A stretch of 64,000 nt of DNA from a virus. The notes under the pieces were generated by a model, which searched no databases, was not told the origin of the DNA, and was given only the letters and a program-made list of their open reading frames with translations. The translations under genes were made by a program, and so were the position numbers. The DNA lies in the IMG/VR virus record IMGVR_UViG_3300034095_002552, positions 16,077-80,076 of that record; one strand, written 5' to 3'. How positions within the stretch are numbered: position 1 is the first letter of the stretch; every line of letters begins with the position of its first letter. This document shows, piece by piece, positions 19,429 through 29,540 of this stretch.

Positions 19429-21453
19429 TTATTTTTTTAATTTAGTGAAACCATTTTGATGAATAAGATTTATAGTTTGAACTGTTTCTAGCATTTTTAT
19501 AAGATCTTTGTCATGTGTGGTTATAAAAACTTGTTTATCAGAAGACAATTCTTGAATCATGTTATAAATTCCCTGAACACCAAGAGGGTCAATATTTGTT
19601 GTGACTTCATCTAAAAAAACTAACGATGGAATAGTTCCAGAACTAATCATCATGACATCAGCAAACGCCTGAGATACCGCTAAATTCAATCTTCTTCTTT
19701 GTCCAGCAGACATGGCATGATAAACATAAGGATCGCCATCAACAGGGCTTCTTTCAATTATTTCATTAAATTCATTATCAAATCTTAAAGAAATTTTATT
19801 ATCAATTAAAAATTGCAACCAATAAGCAATTCTATTGTTTAGTTCTGGGATAATTCCATCAACAACTGTTTTTCTAATACCTTTTTCGCCAAATCCAAAT
19901 TGCCAATATTGATAATACTTAAGATTATCTTCTGCATCTTTGATGCTATCTTGTTTTTCTTTACACGATACTTTAGATTTTTCACAACTATCTTCATAAC
20001 TCGAAATTAAATCTTCATATGGTGACTTGCTTTTGTATTCGTTTATTTTTTCTCGTAATGAAACTTCCAATTGTTCAATTTGTTGGTTTAAAAGCAATTC
20101 ATAGCTATCTGCTTTCGGCTCCTTGATTTTTAGTAAATCAGAAACTAAACTTCTTAAACTTCTTATTTGAGTATTATTTGCTTCTACAATTTTTTCTTTC
20201 ATCGAGATGAAATCTTTTATTTTAACTTGTTTTTCATAAACATCTTTGGCTTCATTTGTTATTTTTTCTGCTTCAGAAACACAAATTTGCAATTCTTGAT
20301 TGTAAGAAGAAATTTCTTTCTCTTCTGAATTTATAACATGAAGTATATTTTTTTCATCTATAACACCATAACAATGATCGCATGTTGTTCCATGTTCATG
20401 ATTTTGCAAAGATTGAATGTGATTTTTCTTATTTTTAATCTTTTGTTGTCTATTGGAAATTTCTAATTTAATTACATCGCTTTTATTTCTAACATCTTGT
20501 GCCAATTCTTTTACTTTATCTTCTTTTGATTTTGCAACAATTATTTTACTTTTTTCATCTTCTATAATTTTTTCTAATTCATTTATATTTTCATTATGAG
20601 AAATTATTTCATTTTGAGCCTCACGATAAGCAAGCAATTCATCTCCATGAGTTGAATTTCCCAACTTTTCTTTTTTTGCATCAATTTGAACTTTTAAATT
20701 TTTAATTTCATTTTCTTTTTCTAATTTCCAACTACTGTCTTTATTTTTTGTTTGCTCCAATCTTTGATTGGCATCTTGTTCGTTGTTTTTAAAAATGTCA
20801 TATTCTTTACACATCATTTTAATTGATGCAGATGTCTCAGATGTTAGTTTTTTGGCTTTTTCTTGCTTTTCTCTATAAGAACAAAGAGATAGAAGGTTTT
20901 CAACTATTTCTCTTTTTACAGGCGTACTTGCCTCTAAAAAAGATATGCTTTGATCATCGCTAAAAATACAAATATTTACAAAAGCTTCATAAGTCAAACC
21001 AATAGCATCTTCAATTATCTTTTGTGTCTCATCCATAGAACCAGTTGTTAGTTCAGAAGCTTCATCGAATGTTAGACTTTCGTTTTCCCAAAATCTAAGA
21101 CTATTTTTCTTTCTTGTTCTTACAAGCTTGTATTTATCCCATTGTAATTCGATTTTACAGTCTTTTCCAATTAGGTTGTTTATTACAGCATCTTTGCTAA
21201 TGGCACTTGGTTTTTTTACTGTTTTGCCATACAAACCATATGAAATAATTTCTTGAAGAGAACTTTTTCCACTTCCATTTGAAGATATTTTAACTTCATC
21301 AGAAGACAAGTCATCTTCTGTCTCTTTGACATCTCTGTTTTCACCTCTAATAAAAACAATTTGCCCATAGTCCTCGAATTTTATTTCGATTCCTTCTGGG
21401 CCGAAACAAAGAAAGTTATATGCAGAAATTTTGTTGAATTTAAGTTTTTTCAT
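19429..21453 (-). CDS. SbcC/Rad50/T4 gp46-like ATPase
   Basis: NGSGKSS, coiled coil with CDHC hook, MSAGQRRR, FLDEV, ITTH. Confidence 0.95.
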   Translation of the reverse strand: MKKLKFNKISAYNFLCFGPEGIEIKFEDYGQIVFIRGENRDVKETEDDLSSDEVKISSNGSGKSSLQEIISYGLYGKTVKKPSAISKDAVINNLIGKDCKIELQWDKYKLVRTRKKNSLRFWENESLTFDEASELTTGSMDETQKIIEDAIGLTYEAFVNICIFSDDQSISFLEASTPVKREIVENLLSLCSYREKQEKAKKLTSETSASIKMMCKEYDIFKNNEQDANQRLEQTKNKDSSWKLEKENEIKNLKVQIDAKKEKLGNSTHGDELLAYREAQNEIISHNENINELEKIIEDEKSKIIVAKSKEDKVKELAQDVRNKSDVIKLEISNRQQKIKNKKNHIQSLQNHEHGTTCDHCYGVIDEKNILHVINSEEKEISSYNQELQICVSEAEKITNEAKDVYEKQVKIKDFISMKEKIVEANNTQIRSLRSLVSDLLKIKEPKADSYELLLNQQIEQLEVSLREKINEYKSKSPYEDLISSYEDSCEKSKVSCKEKQDSIKDAEDNLKYYQYWQFGFGEKGIRKTVVDGIIPELNNRIAYWLQFLIDNKISLRFDNEFNEIIERSPVDGDPYVYHAMSAGQRRRLNLAVSQAFADVMMISSGTIPSLVFLDEVTTNIDPLGVQGIYNMIQELSSDKQVFITTHDKDLIKMLETVQTINLIHQNGFTKLKK

Positions 21454-21467
21454 TTTTGAAATGTAAT

Positions 21468-22259
21468 TTATTTTATAACCATTTGCAATATTGATTCAGC
21501 GAATTTTGTTCGATTCCATTGATGAAAAATACAAAACGGATAATTTTCATTTGACATTACTTTATTGTTTTCAATAGTAGGTTCAAAAATAAGAAATTTC
21601 TCTTTTAAAACCTCACCAGTTAAACAAAAAGAATCATGGTTTGGATTTGTAATGTGATACCTTGGATCTTCTTTAATCTTAGAAATTAAGAAATTTAACA
21701 CCGCTTGATCTGTACATTTATTATGAGAAAAACAATTGCTCCACATTAAAAAACAAAAATCAAAAATCAATGGATATTTACCACAACAAACTCCTGCATT
21801 AACAACTGGCCAATCTGTATAATTCTCAAGGGTTTCTCCAAAATCTACCTGCAAATTAAGTTGATCTTTCATGTTGAAAGGGGATTCTTTATGTAAAAAA
21901 CCCTCTTTGGTTAAGACCAACTGAATTTTTTCAGATTTTAAAATATCAAATGGATACTCTTGAATAAAAACATCTTTTGAATCAGAAATAAAAACCTTTT
22001 CATATGTTTTATTTTTTAAAAAATTCCAATAGGCCAACCATCGCTCGGTAAAAATCTTTTTTGTTTTTGTTTTGACAAATTCGATTCGACAATCATAATT
22101 TATAACAATTTTGTCTATGTATTTTTCTTCTAAAGAATCAGTTAAACAGACGAAATCATCACCTTTTTTGATTCGAGACACAGAATCAAAATAAACTTGA
22201 TAATACGGCCAAGTACTTTCATTTATTTTACTTGCCCATGTGAGAAATAAATTTTTCAT
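21468..22259 (-). CDS. putative GT-A glycosyltransferase
   Basis: RWLAY, VFISDSKDVFIQ, VNAGV, DQAVLN, HQWNR. Confidence 0.7.
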   Translation of the reverse strand: MKNLFLTWASKINESTWPYYQVYFDSVSRIKKGDDFVCLTDSLEEKYIDKIVINYDCRIEFVKTKTKKIFTERWLAYWNFLKNKTYEKVFISDSKDVFIQEYPFDILKSEKIQLVLTKEGFLHKESPFNMKDQLNLQVDFGETLENYTDWPVVNAGVCCGKYPLIFDFCFLMWSNCFSHNKCTDQAVLNFLISKIKEDPRYHITNPNHDSFCLTGEVLKEKFLIFEPTIENNKVMSNENYPFCIFHQWNRTKFAESILQMVIK

Positions 22260-22996
22260 AAACTATCAGTAATCTCATGTTTATCTTTAGTGATCATTTT
22301 TAGCGACATCGATTGATACTTTTTTTCAAATTCTTTTTGCCACTTGCAATTTATTTCATGATATTTTTTTTGAAATGAAAAATCATGATTCTGGACACTA
22401 CTCATTGAAGATTTGATGTCTCCATGATAATGTAAAAACCCAACATCACTATCCGAGTTAATCCTAGCTGGTTCGGTGTAATTCCATTTGTTGGGAATAA
22501 ATTTAATGTCGTTTTCAGCAAGTCTGAAATATTCGATTGATGGATCAAATCCACAAAATCTTTCTAAGCTTTGAAATTTAGCAAATTTATCCCAAGCTTT
22601 GTTATCACCACACACAAATCCATCATTATTATTTTCTGTCCTCAAAAAGATAGAATCTTCCATTAATTCAAAAATTGGATTTATGTCGCAATTAAAATAT
22701 CCATCAAAATCAAAATACGCATATTGCCCTAAATTTTGATTTTGTATTTCAGAAATTTTTTCATATACGAAAGATCTTTTCTTTAAGATATTTTGTGTAT
22801 GAATTATGTTTATGTTATTATTTTCTAATTTATCAATAATTACTTTATTTTTAAATCCGAAAGCAATAAGAATTACCGTTCCTTTGAAATTACTTATTTC
22901 AAGCATAGACGAAATCCAAGGTACTCCAAACATATCGAAATAAGTTTCATCACACGCAGTAACAAGATATTGCTTCATTTGATCTCCTGTTCGCAA
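22256..22996 (-). CDS. putative GT-A glycosyltransferase (GT8-like); probable start MKQYL
   Basis: VTACDETY, YFDFDGYF (DxD), NKWNY, LHYHG. Confidence 0.6.
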   Translation of the reverse strand: MRTGDQMKQYLVTACDETYFDMFGVPWISSMLEISNFKGTVILIAFGFKNKVIIDKLENNNINIIHTQNILKKRSFVYEKISEIQNQNLGQYAYFDFDGYFNCDINPIFELMEDSIFLRTENNNDGFVCGDNKAWDKFAKFQSLERFCGFDPSIEYFRLAENDIKFIPNKWNYTEPARINSDSDVGFLHYHGDIKSSMSSVQNHDFSFQKKYHEINCKWQKEFEKKYQSMSLKMITKDKHEITDSL

Positions 22997-24045
22997 ATTA
23001 ATTTCCCAATTTTCACAAGCTTTTCCTTATCCAAACCATTAGTACCAACTAAATCAACATATTGCTCAATCATTTCTTCTTCTTTGAACAAAATAGACTT
23101 AGCATCATCGATCAATTGTTTTTCTATGTTTCTTTTTTGCTGTCTAATTTCCAAAGATCCCAAATCTTTATCCTTAGATATTTCTTTCCTCATATCAATT
23201 AGATCGGCACCAGATAAGCTTTCTACAATAACTCTAACAAAATTTTTAGACAAATCATATTTATCAATTTCATCTGCTCTTAAAACAAGATGTTTTGGAG
23301 AAAAGTTATTTGTTATATATTTTATTTTAGCGTTATCACAATCAAACGCAATGATGTGTTTATCTTGAAATGCTTCTCCAAATGATAATTGTAACGGAGA
23401 TCCAATATATTCAATGTTTGGTTCTAAGATTTGCTGACAGTGATAATGCCCCAAGAAAACCTTTTGGTAATTAGAAAATATATTTGCTCCTATTTTCACC
23501 ATCTCTCCATCATGCTCTATCGCAACATCTGCCACTGAACTTCCATGCAAAATAGCACCATCAACAGCCAAATGACCAAGAGCGTATTGGAAACTTCCAT
23601 CTTCTTTTTTAAGACTTTCAATCGCTTTAATTGGATCATGAGTAAATGGAATCAAATCCCAATATGAATTTTCTATTTTCATTCTGGTTGGTTGATCTAT
23701 GATCGTAATATTTGGCAAAGAAGAAAATGGCATTACACTACTGATAGATGTCTGTTCGTTAAACCACAAATCATGATTTCCCAAAACAAGATACAAATGA
23801 AATTGATTGGTTGGCAACCATTTCATCAATATCTCAAAAGTTTTCTGATATGTGTATACATCTATTTTTTGACGATCATGAAAAAGATCGCCACCAAATA
23901 ATATTGTTTTTATTTTTTCATTTTTTGCTGTTTCGAAAACCCAGTCTAAAACTTGCAAACAATCCTTAAGTCTTTCTTGTGATCTTTTGTGCGGATTGAT
24001 ATGAATGTCTGTAAATATAAGAACTGTTGACATGATCTCCTCCAA
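22975..24045 (-). CDS. SbcD/Mre11/T4 gp47-like metallophosphoesterase
   Basis: TDIH, GGDLFH, GNHD, GH, LGHYH, YIGSPLQLSFGE. Confidence 0.95.
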   Translation of the reverse strand: MEEIMSTVLIFTDIHINPHKRSQERLKDCLQVLDWVFETAKNEKIKTILFGGDLFHDRQKIDVYTYQKTFEILMKWLPTNQFHLYLVLGNHDLWFNEQTSISSVMPFSSLPNITIIDQPTRMKIENSYWDLIPFTHDPIKAIESLKKEDGSFQYALGHLAVDGAILHGSSVADVAIEHDGEMVKIGANIFSNYQKVFLGHYHCQQILEPNIEYIGSPLQLSFGEAFQDKHIIAFDCDNAKIKYITNNFSPKHLVLRADEIDKYDLSKNFVRVIVESLSGADLIDMRKEISKDKDLGSLEIRQQKRNIEKQLIDDAKSILFKEEEMIEQYVDLVGTNGLDKEKLVKIGKLICEQEIK

Positions 24046-24095
24046 AAAATATAAATTAAACTATATTTGAAGAATTATCAAGCCTTATGACTGTA

Positions 24096-24383
24096 TTATT
24101 TTTTGCTTTCTTTAGGATTAAATAATTTTTTAAGTGCGTCCCAGACATTACTAGATTTAATTTTAGTTGCTGGTGGAGTTTGTGTTCCTCCAGCACCACC
24201 ACCCATCGGAGGCCCACCCATTGGAGGTCCGCCCATTGGAGGAGGCCCACCCATTGGAGGTCCGCCCATTGGAGGAGGCCCACCCATTGGAGGAGATCCG
24301 CCAGCAGGAGGCCCACCAGCAGGTGGAGGTGCTGGTGCATCTTCATTTAATTTGAATTTAACATAATTAACAAATGTTCTCAT
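24096..24383 (-). CDS. Gly/Pro/Met low-complexity protein
   Basis: MRTFVNYVKFKLNE followed by GGPP(P)M repeats; ATG start with upstream TATAAATA; the overlapping ORFs are repeat shadows. Confidence 0.7.
   Translation of the reverse strand: MRTFVNYVKFKLNEDAPAPPPAGGPPAGGSPPMGGPPPMGGPPMGGPPPMGGPPMGGPPMGGGAGGTQTPPATKIKSSNVWDALKKLFNPKESKK
24190..24335. repeat. coding tandem repeat (GGPPM / GGPPPM units)
   Basis: Repeated CCCATTGGAGG units of 15-18 nt. Confidence 0.85.
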
Positions 24384-24397
24384 GCTAATATGTATGA

Positions 24398-24664
24398 TTA
24401 AAGCTTACTATTTATAACCTCTAAATATTGCATCAATTTACTTTCTTCTTTTATTGGTTTTATGCCTCTTTCGTCACAAAATTCTAACAAATGAGAAAAA
24501 GACTTTCTATCGATTTTAGGACCACCTTCTATGATGCCTTTTCTTTTAAGTTTTTCGGCATAAAGAAAAGCGTTTACAACATTGGCAAATATTTGCAAAT
24601 CCTCATCTGAATAATTTTCATAATTATTTAAGTTTAAATTTGTTAACATAAATTTCCTTATCAA
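24398..24664 (-). CDS. hypothetical protein
   Basis: 88-aa ORF, probable start MLTNL. Confidence 0.55.
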   Translation of the reverse strand: MIRKFMLTNLNLNNYENYSDEDLQIFANVVNAFLYAEKLKRKGIIEGGPKIDRKSFSHLLEFCDERGIKPIKEESKLMQYLEVINSKL

Positions 24665-24724
24665 AAAATTAGTGTAATTAAAAATTAACAGAATTTTTTG
24701 AAAATGTAAACAACTAAATAACTT

Positions 24725-25393
24725 ATGATAAAAAACGAATCATTTGGATTTGCTCCATATATTGGCCCTTGCAAAGACACCGATAACTATCAAATTGTCG
24801 GTGCTTGTAGCGATCAGCTTTCATCAAAGCAAATTAAAAAAGCAAGAAATGGCGAGAGATCCATCAAAAAAACAAAATACAAAAAATCAGGCATTCCAAA
24901 TGAATCGTTTTTAAATTATTGCAAATTAAGAGATTTTCAAGAACAAGAACAACAGCAGCAACCGCAACCGCAACCGCAGCAAGTAACATCCCCAGAAGAA
25001 ATAAAACAAGGCCAAGAAGAAATTCCTACAGAAGAAAAACCAAAAATGTGGAGTGGTAAAAAAAAAGAAGTATTGAACTATTGGAAAAATCTATCAAAAG
25101 AAGTCGATAATAAAGAAAGTCCAATTTTGGCCAATCCAATACCATATAAATATAAAGGATCTACATATAACAAAGACGGAGTAAGATTAACTGGTAGTTC
25201 CACATTTATAAATTCAGTTCTTCCAAAATTAAAAGATATGATTTCCTACGAAGGTAAAAACTCCAAGCTTTCTTTAATTTACAAAGAAATAACACCAGAA
25301 GAAGATTTAAAAATCGGAAATCGTTCTTTCGCTTTATATATAAAAACAAAAGAACGAGGCCCAAAAGCAAAGGAAAGATATGGCAAAGCCTAA
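24725..25393 (+). CDS. hypothetical protein with Q/P-rich linker
   Basis: 222-aa ORF containing QEQEQQQQPQPQPQQ. Confidence 0.65.
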   Translation: MIKNESFGFAPYIGPCKDTDNYQIVGACSDQLSSKQIKKARNGERSIKKTKYKKSGIPNESFLNYCKLRDFQEQEQQQQPQPQPQQVTSPEEIKQGQEEIPTEEKPKMWSGKKKEVLNYWKNLSKEVDNKESPILANPIPYKYKGSTYNKDGVRLTGSSTFINSVLPKLKDMISYEGKNSKLSLIYKEITPEEDLKIGNRSFALYIKTKERGPKAKERYGKA

Positions 25394-25634
25394 AGAAACT
25401 AAGAAATCATCAAGTAAAGTTGACACTAACTTACAAAAAGCAATTATCGATATCGCTTCTGGCTTAGAAAAATCATTCAAGAAGTTTTCACGCAATACCA
25501 GAGAAAAGGCATGGAAGAGAATCACAAGTGCCGATGGAGAAAAAGAAGTTAAAAAAATATTACAAGATCCAGAAAGACAACTTAGCATTTTTGCAAAATT
25601 AACTTTCAAAGAGTGGATTTCCCTAAACGCCTAA
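25380..25634 (+). CDS. hypothetical protein
   Basis: 84 aa with AAGGA RBS; ends TFKEWISLNA. Confidence 0.6.
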   Translation: MAKPKETKKSSSKVDTNLQKAIIDIASGLEKSFKKFSRNTREKAWKRITSADGEKEVKKILQDPERQLSIFAKLTFKEWISLNA

Positions 25635-25753
25635 ATTGACCAATTTGTTAACTTTTAAATTATAATTCACATATTGTTTAGTATAATCCTTTATGCTATA
25701 TTGCTACTGTATTATCGCATTTGGCGATATTTTCTCGCATAAAGGATATTCTT

Positions 25754-26797
25754 ATGTTTTCGTTAATTGCAGGATGTATTTTGGCATTTTCACAACAAGA
25801 TTCATATAAATTATTGTCTCAAGAAAAACATGATATTCTTGCCTCTCATATTCCTGATAGCAAAGATCTTATTTTGAATAAGATAAAAAATAATTCAAAG
25901 TTATTGATATACACCGACAAAGAAATTCCATCTGCATATCAAGATTGGACCAGTCAATTGTCAGGAATTCATTCCCCAACATACAATATTTCCGCAGCAA
26001 AACCCCAAGAAAAATTCGGAAATCCAAATGTTGAATTTCCATGGGGAAAACCTGCTGGAACAGAAAATGTCTCAGAATCTAATTTCACTTCATTTAAATT
26101 CATTTTGCTTCCACCAGATCGACAAATTGAAATAACTAGAAAATATTTGTCTGGTGATAGGAGACCTTCTTATATTTGGTCGTTTCCAACTAATACAATT
26201 GTTGGAGAAGTTCTACAAATGTACTATAAAGAAAAGTATTATACATTTGAAGTTCGTCTAAGAACTAAAGAAAATAGTGATTGGAGAATTAGCGTTTATC
26301 GTCCATTCTCAACACTTAAAGAATTTGCGAATTTCTGTAGGGCTGATGGCATTCAAGTTTATTATCACGATCAAAGAATCGTGCAATCACATCAAATATT
26401 CCAAGGTGATGTTATGGCAACTTCTTTGGATTCAATACCAGAAGCCCTAGTCAAAAAGGCTTTACGAGAAAAATTTGTCAATGTTTTAGGACAAGAGTGG
26501 CACAATGATTCCCACGCTCCAACAACTGATAGTGAATTCCATATTATTCCAAAGAATTATCGTGCAGCAACCATTGCGATAAACAGCAAATCATGCATTC
26601 GATGCCATGAATCGATATTGAAACATGCCAATGATTTTGACTTTGCCCGTGATTGGTACGGAAGAGTAAGAGGAAGTGATGGAATATTTTCATTTCATCC
26701 ATTCGAACCAAGCTCCATATCATATGGTGGCTTTTATCAAGGCGAAAAAATACGAGAAGATTTTTTGAAAAATAAAATTGTAAAATTTTTAGATTAA
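25754..26797 (+). CDS. exported protein with a single CxxCH motif (possible c-type cytochrome)
   Basis: AAGGA RBS before ATG 25754; hydrophobic N-terminus MFSLIAGCILAFSQ; SCIRCHES. Confidence 0.55.
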   Translation: MFSLIAGCILAFSQQDSYKLLSQEKHDILASHIPDSKDLILNKIKNNSKLLIYTDKEIPSAYQDWTSQLSGIHSPTYNISAAKPQEKFGNPNVEFPWGKPAGTENVSESNFTSFKFILLPPDRQIEITRKYLSGDRRPSYIWSFPTNTIVGEVLQMYYKEKYYTFEVRLRTKENSDWRISVYRPFSTLKEFANFCRADGIQVYYHDQRIVQSHQIFQGDVMATSLDSIPEALVKKALREKFVNVLGQEWHNDSHAPTTDSEFHIIPKNYRAATIAINSKSCIRCHESILKHANDFDFARDWYGRVRGSDGIFSFHPFEPSSISYGGFYQGEKIREDFLKNKIVKFLD

Positions 26798-26808
26798 TGA
26801 TTAAATTT

Positions 26809-26843
26809 AAAACGCCTAACAAAAACATGTTGGGCGTTTTTTT
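26809..26843 (+). terminator. intrinsic terminator
   Basis: AAAACGCCTAAC / GTTGGGCGTTTT stem followed by T run. Confidence 0.8.
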
Positions 26844-26845
26844 GT

Positions 26846-26874
26846 TTGCGTAAATTGTATTTTTAAAATATAAT
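26846..26874 (+). promoter_or_regulatory. sigma70-type promoter
   Basis: TTGCGT-N17-TATAAT upstream of 26899. Confidence 0.7.
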
Positions 26875-26898
26875 CAATTTTTATTTTAAGGACTTCAA

Positions 26899-27174
26899 AT
26901 GACAAAAACTGATTTTAATTACATACATTGCCATTTGCTTAAAATTGTGAATAAAAAAGACGAAGACTTTTCTCCTTTTGGAAATAAAGAAAAAAATCAA
27001 TTTGGAGATTGCTCTCAAGAATGTAGTCATTTTTTAAAGTTGAGTGGAGAAATTGGCAATGATTGGGGTGTTTGTACAAATGAAAAAAGTCATCGTTGTG
27101 GCCTTTTAACAAATGAACATCAAGGTTGTGAATTCCACGCTACAAATGAAATAATTGGAAAAAGTGGCCAATGA
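26899..27174 (+). CDS. Cys-rich DUF3027-like protein
   Basis: CSQECSHFLKLSGEIGNDWGVCTNEKS...GC. Confidence 0.55.
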   Translation: MTKTDFNYIHCHLLKIVNKKDEDFSPFGNKEKNQFGDCSQECSHFLKLSGEIGNDWGVCTNEKSHRCGLLTNEHQGCEFHATNEIIGKSGQ

Positions 27175-27521
27175 TTGCAATCATTTATACAGACGGTGTG
27201 ATCAAATGTGATGATCTGAAAAATGAATGCCAACAACAAAAATGGATACCCATTACAGTTTACAAAGATAAAAATGATAACATCACTGTTATTTGTTTCG
27301 AAGATGCAAAAATTGCAAAACAATTTGCAAAAAGAAATTTCCCAAAGGAATGGATAAAAGGAGCAATATCACTTTCTGATGACGATATTGAATATATTAA
27401 AAATAAAAACTGGAAAATTGAAATTATGACCTATCCTCGATTGCTTAATTCCCATAATGAATATAAACTAGGTTTTGAAATAATTGATTTTGCAGATGAA
27501 CCCAAAATGCTGTACGCATAA
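27171..27521 (+). CDS. hypothetical protein
   Basis: ATGA overlap with the previous gene. Confidence 0.65.
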   Translation: MIAIIYTDGVIKCDDLKNECQQQKWIPITVYKDKNDNITVICFEDAKIAKQFAKRNFPKEWIKGAISLSDDDIEYIKNKNWKIEIMTYPRLLNSHNEYKLGFEIIDFADEPKMLYA

Positions 27522-27534
27522 AAAAGGAGACGAC

Positions 27535-27747
27535 ATGCCTGAAAACTTTTTAATTGGTGCTTTAGGATCTTTAATGTTTGGATTTATTGGAATGGTTCTA
27601 TTGTTTGTTTCTTATTTCTCTTTTGATTTTTTTCTTAAAAAAGTCGATATTTCAGAAGAATTAAACAAAGGAAATATTTCTGTGGCCATTGTAGTTGCAT
27701 CATTGTTGATATCCATAGCCTTGATAATATCGTCTGTCGTTCATTAG
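27535..27747 (+). CDS. DUF350-like small membrane protein
   Basis: AAGGAG RBS before ATG 27535; two hydrophobic helices with VDISEELNKGNISVAIV. Confidence 0.75.
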   Translation: MPENFLIGALGSLMFGFIGMVLLFVSYFSFDFFLKKVDISEELNKGNISVAIVVASLLISIALIISSVVH

Positions 27748-27756
27748 AAAGCCAAA

Positions 27757-28845
27757 ATGCAATTAACTGATGAGCAAAAAAATATCATAAGAAGCATTTT
27801 AAAAGAATTAGATGTAAATCCTTTTATAAGTATGGGTGGCTATGCTGGAACGGGCAAAACAACATGTGTCGCCACAATCCAAGAAGCTTTAAAAGCTAAA
27901 AAGAGAAAATTTTTAGTCTGTGCCTATACTGGAAAGGCTACTAATGTTCTTAGAAATAAGGGCATATCAGCCTCCACTATACACAGCACGATTTATAAAC
28001 CAATTAAAAATTCAAATGATGATACTATTGAATGGGTTTTAAAATCAAATTTTGAATTAGACGATTGTGAAGGATTTATCATAGACGAAGCATCTATGGT
28101 TAGTGAAGAAATACATAAAGATTTACTTACCTACAATCTTCCAATACTCTATGTTGGTGATCATGGCCAGCTTGAACCAATTGGTGGAAAATTTAACTTA
28201 ATGCTAGAGCCACATTTTAAGCTTGAAACTGTTCACAGAAATGCTGGTGAAATTGCTCATTTTGCGGAACATTTAAGAAGTGGACTACCAAGCACTTCGT
28301 TCAAAGGCAGTAATAAAGTTCAAATTGTAAAAGAATCTGCAATTAAAGAAAAGCATTTGGCCCAAGTTGACCAAATCATATGTGCTTTTAATAAAACTAG
28401 AATTTTCATAAATGAAAAAGTAAGAGAATTTAAAAAAATAAATTACACTTATGTTGCGATAGATGAAAAGATTATATGCTTGCGAAACAAAAAAAAAGAA
28501 GGACTATTCAATGGAATGCAAGGAGTTGTAACCAAACTCAATAAAAATGCAGAAAGATTCAATTTTGTCTCACAAGGAATACATTTCAAAAATATTCTTT
28601 ATGATCCAAATCAATGGGGAAAAGAAAAAAGTGATTTTAAATTTTATCAAGAAGAAAATCCTTTTGACTATGCTTATGCAATAACGGCACATAAGTCTCA
28701 AGGAGATGAATTTGACTCTGTAATTGTATATGAAGAAAAATGTAATGAGTGGGATCACAAAAAATGGTGCTATACAGCAGCAAGCAGAGCTAAACATAAC
28801 ATTATTTGGGTAGCAAGATCAAACTATGTTCCAACATATCTTTAA
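27757..28845 (+). CDS. SF1B helicase, Dda/RecD-like
   Basis: GYAGTGKT, AYTGKA, TIHS, IIDEASMV, GDHGQLEP, YAITAHKSQG, YTAASRA. Confidence 0.92.
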   Translation: MQLTDEQKNIIRSILKELDVNPFISMGGYAGTGKTTCVATIQEALKAKKRKFLVCAYTGKATNVLRNKGISASTIHSTIYKPIKNSNDDTIEWVLKSNFELDDCEGFIIDEASMVSEEIHKDLLTYNLPILYVGDHGQLEPIGGKFNLMLEPHFKLETVHRNAGEIAHFAEHLRSGLPSTSFKGSNKVQIVKESAIKEKHLAQVDQIICAFNKTRIFINEKVREFKKINYTYVAIDEKIICLRNKKKEGLFNGMQGVVTKLNKNAERFNFVSQGIHFKNILYDPNQWGKEKSDFKFYQEENPFDYAYAITAHKSQGDEFDSVIVYEEKCNEWDHKKWCYTAASRAKHNIIWVARSNYVPTYL

Positions 28846-28853
28846 TATTTTAT

Positions 28854-28882
28854 TTGAAATAAAATTGATATGGTGGTAAAGT
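28854..28882 (+). promoter_or_regulatory. sigma70-type promoter with extended -10
   Basis: TTGAAA-N17-TAAAGT preceded by TG. Confidence 0.55.
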
Positions 28883-28955
28883 TTAAAAATAATTTTATAA
28901 TTTTCCATACGAGATTAAGTTTCATCACCTCTATTTTTTAAAGAAAGTTAATTTC

Positions 28956-29540
28956 ATGAAATATGTATCAATAGACATAGAAACAACTGGGATAAACCCT
29001 TTGGTTAATGACATTATTGAATTTGCTGCTGTAATAGATGATACTAATGCAAAAGTTCCGATTGAAAATTTACCTAAGTTTCACAGGTATATTAAAAAAG
29101 AAGGAACATATAATTTTGACGCTCAAGCGGTTGTGATGCACAAAAGAATATTTGAAAAAATATTACAAAATGGAGATGATTGCATTTATATTGATGATTT
29201 AATGTATGCCTTTGGTAATTTTTTACAAGATAATGATATTCCTCCAAATCGTTATGGAAAAATAGCTTTAAATGTAGCTGGTAAAAATTTCGGCAGCTTT
29301 GATTACCAGTTCTTAAAAGAAAAAATAAAACAAGAAAATTGGAACAATATTATTTTTAGAAGTCGATTTATTGATCCTGCAATTTTATATTTTGAAAATG
29401 AAGACTATGCTTTACCAGATTTAGAAACTTGCGTCAAAAGATATCAGAGACAATCAGGGCAAAAATACAATTGGGATAGCCATACAGCTTTAGATGATGC
29501 AATGGAAATTATAAAGTTGGTAAGATACAAAATCATATAG
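28956..29540 (+). CDS. DEDDh 3'-5' exonuclease
   Basis: SIDIETTG, GKNFGSFD, HTALDDA. Confidence 0.9.
   Translation: MKYVSIDIETTGINPLVNDIIEFAAVIDDTNAKVPIENLPKFHRYIKKEGTYNFDAQAVVMHKRIFEKILQNGDDCIYIDDLMYAFGNFLQDNDIPPNRYGKIALNVAGKNFGSFDYQFLKEKIKQENWNNIIFRSRFIDPAILYFENEDYALPDLETCVKRYQRQSGQKYNWDSHTALDDAMEIIKLVRYKII

Noticed and set aside
24056-24366. Three extra ORFs over the GGPPM repeat
   Set aside because: Stop-free shadows of a GC-rich coding repeat
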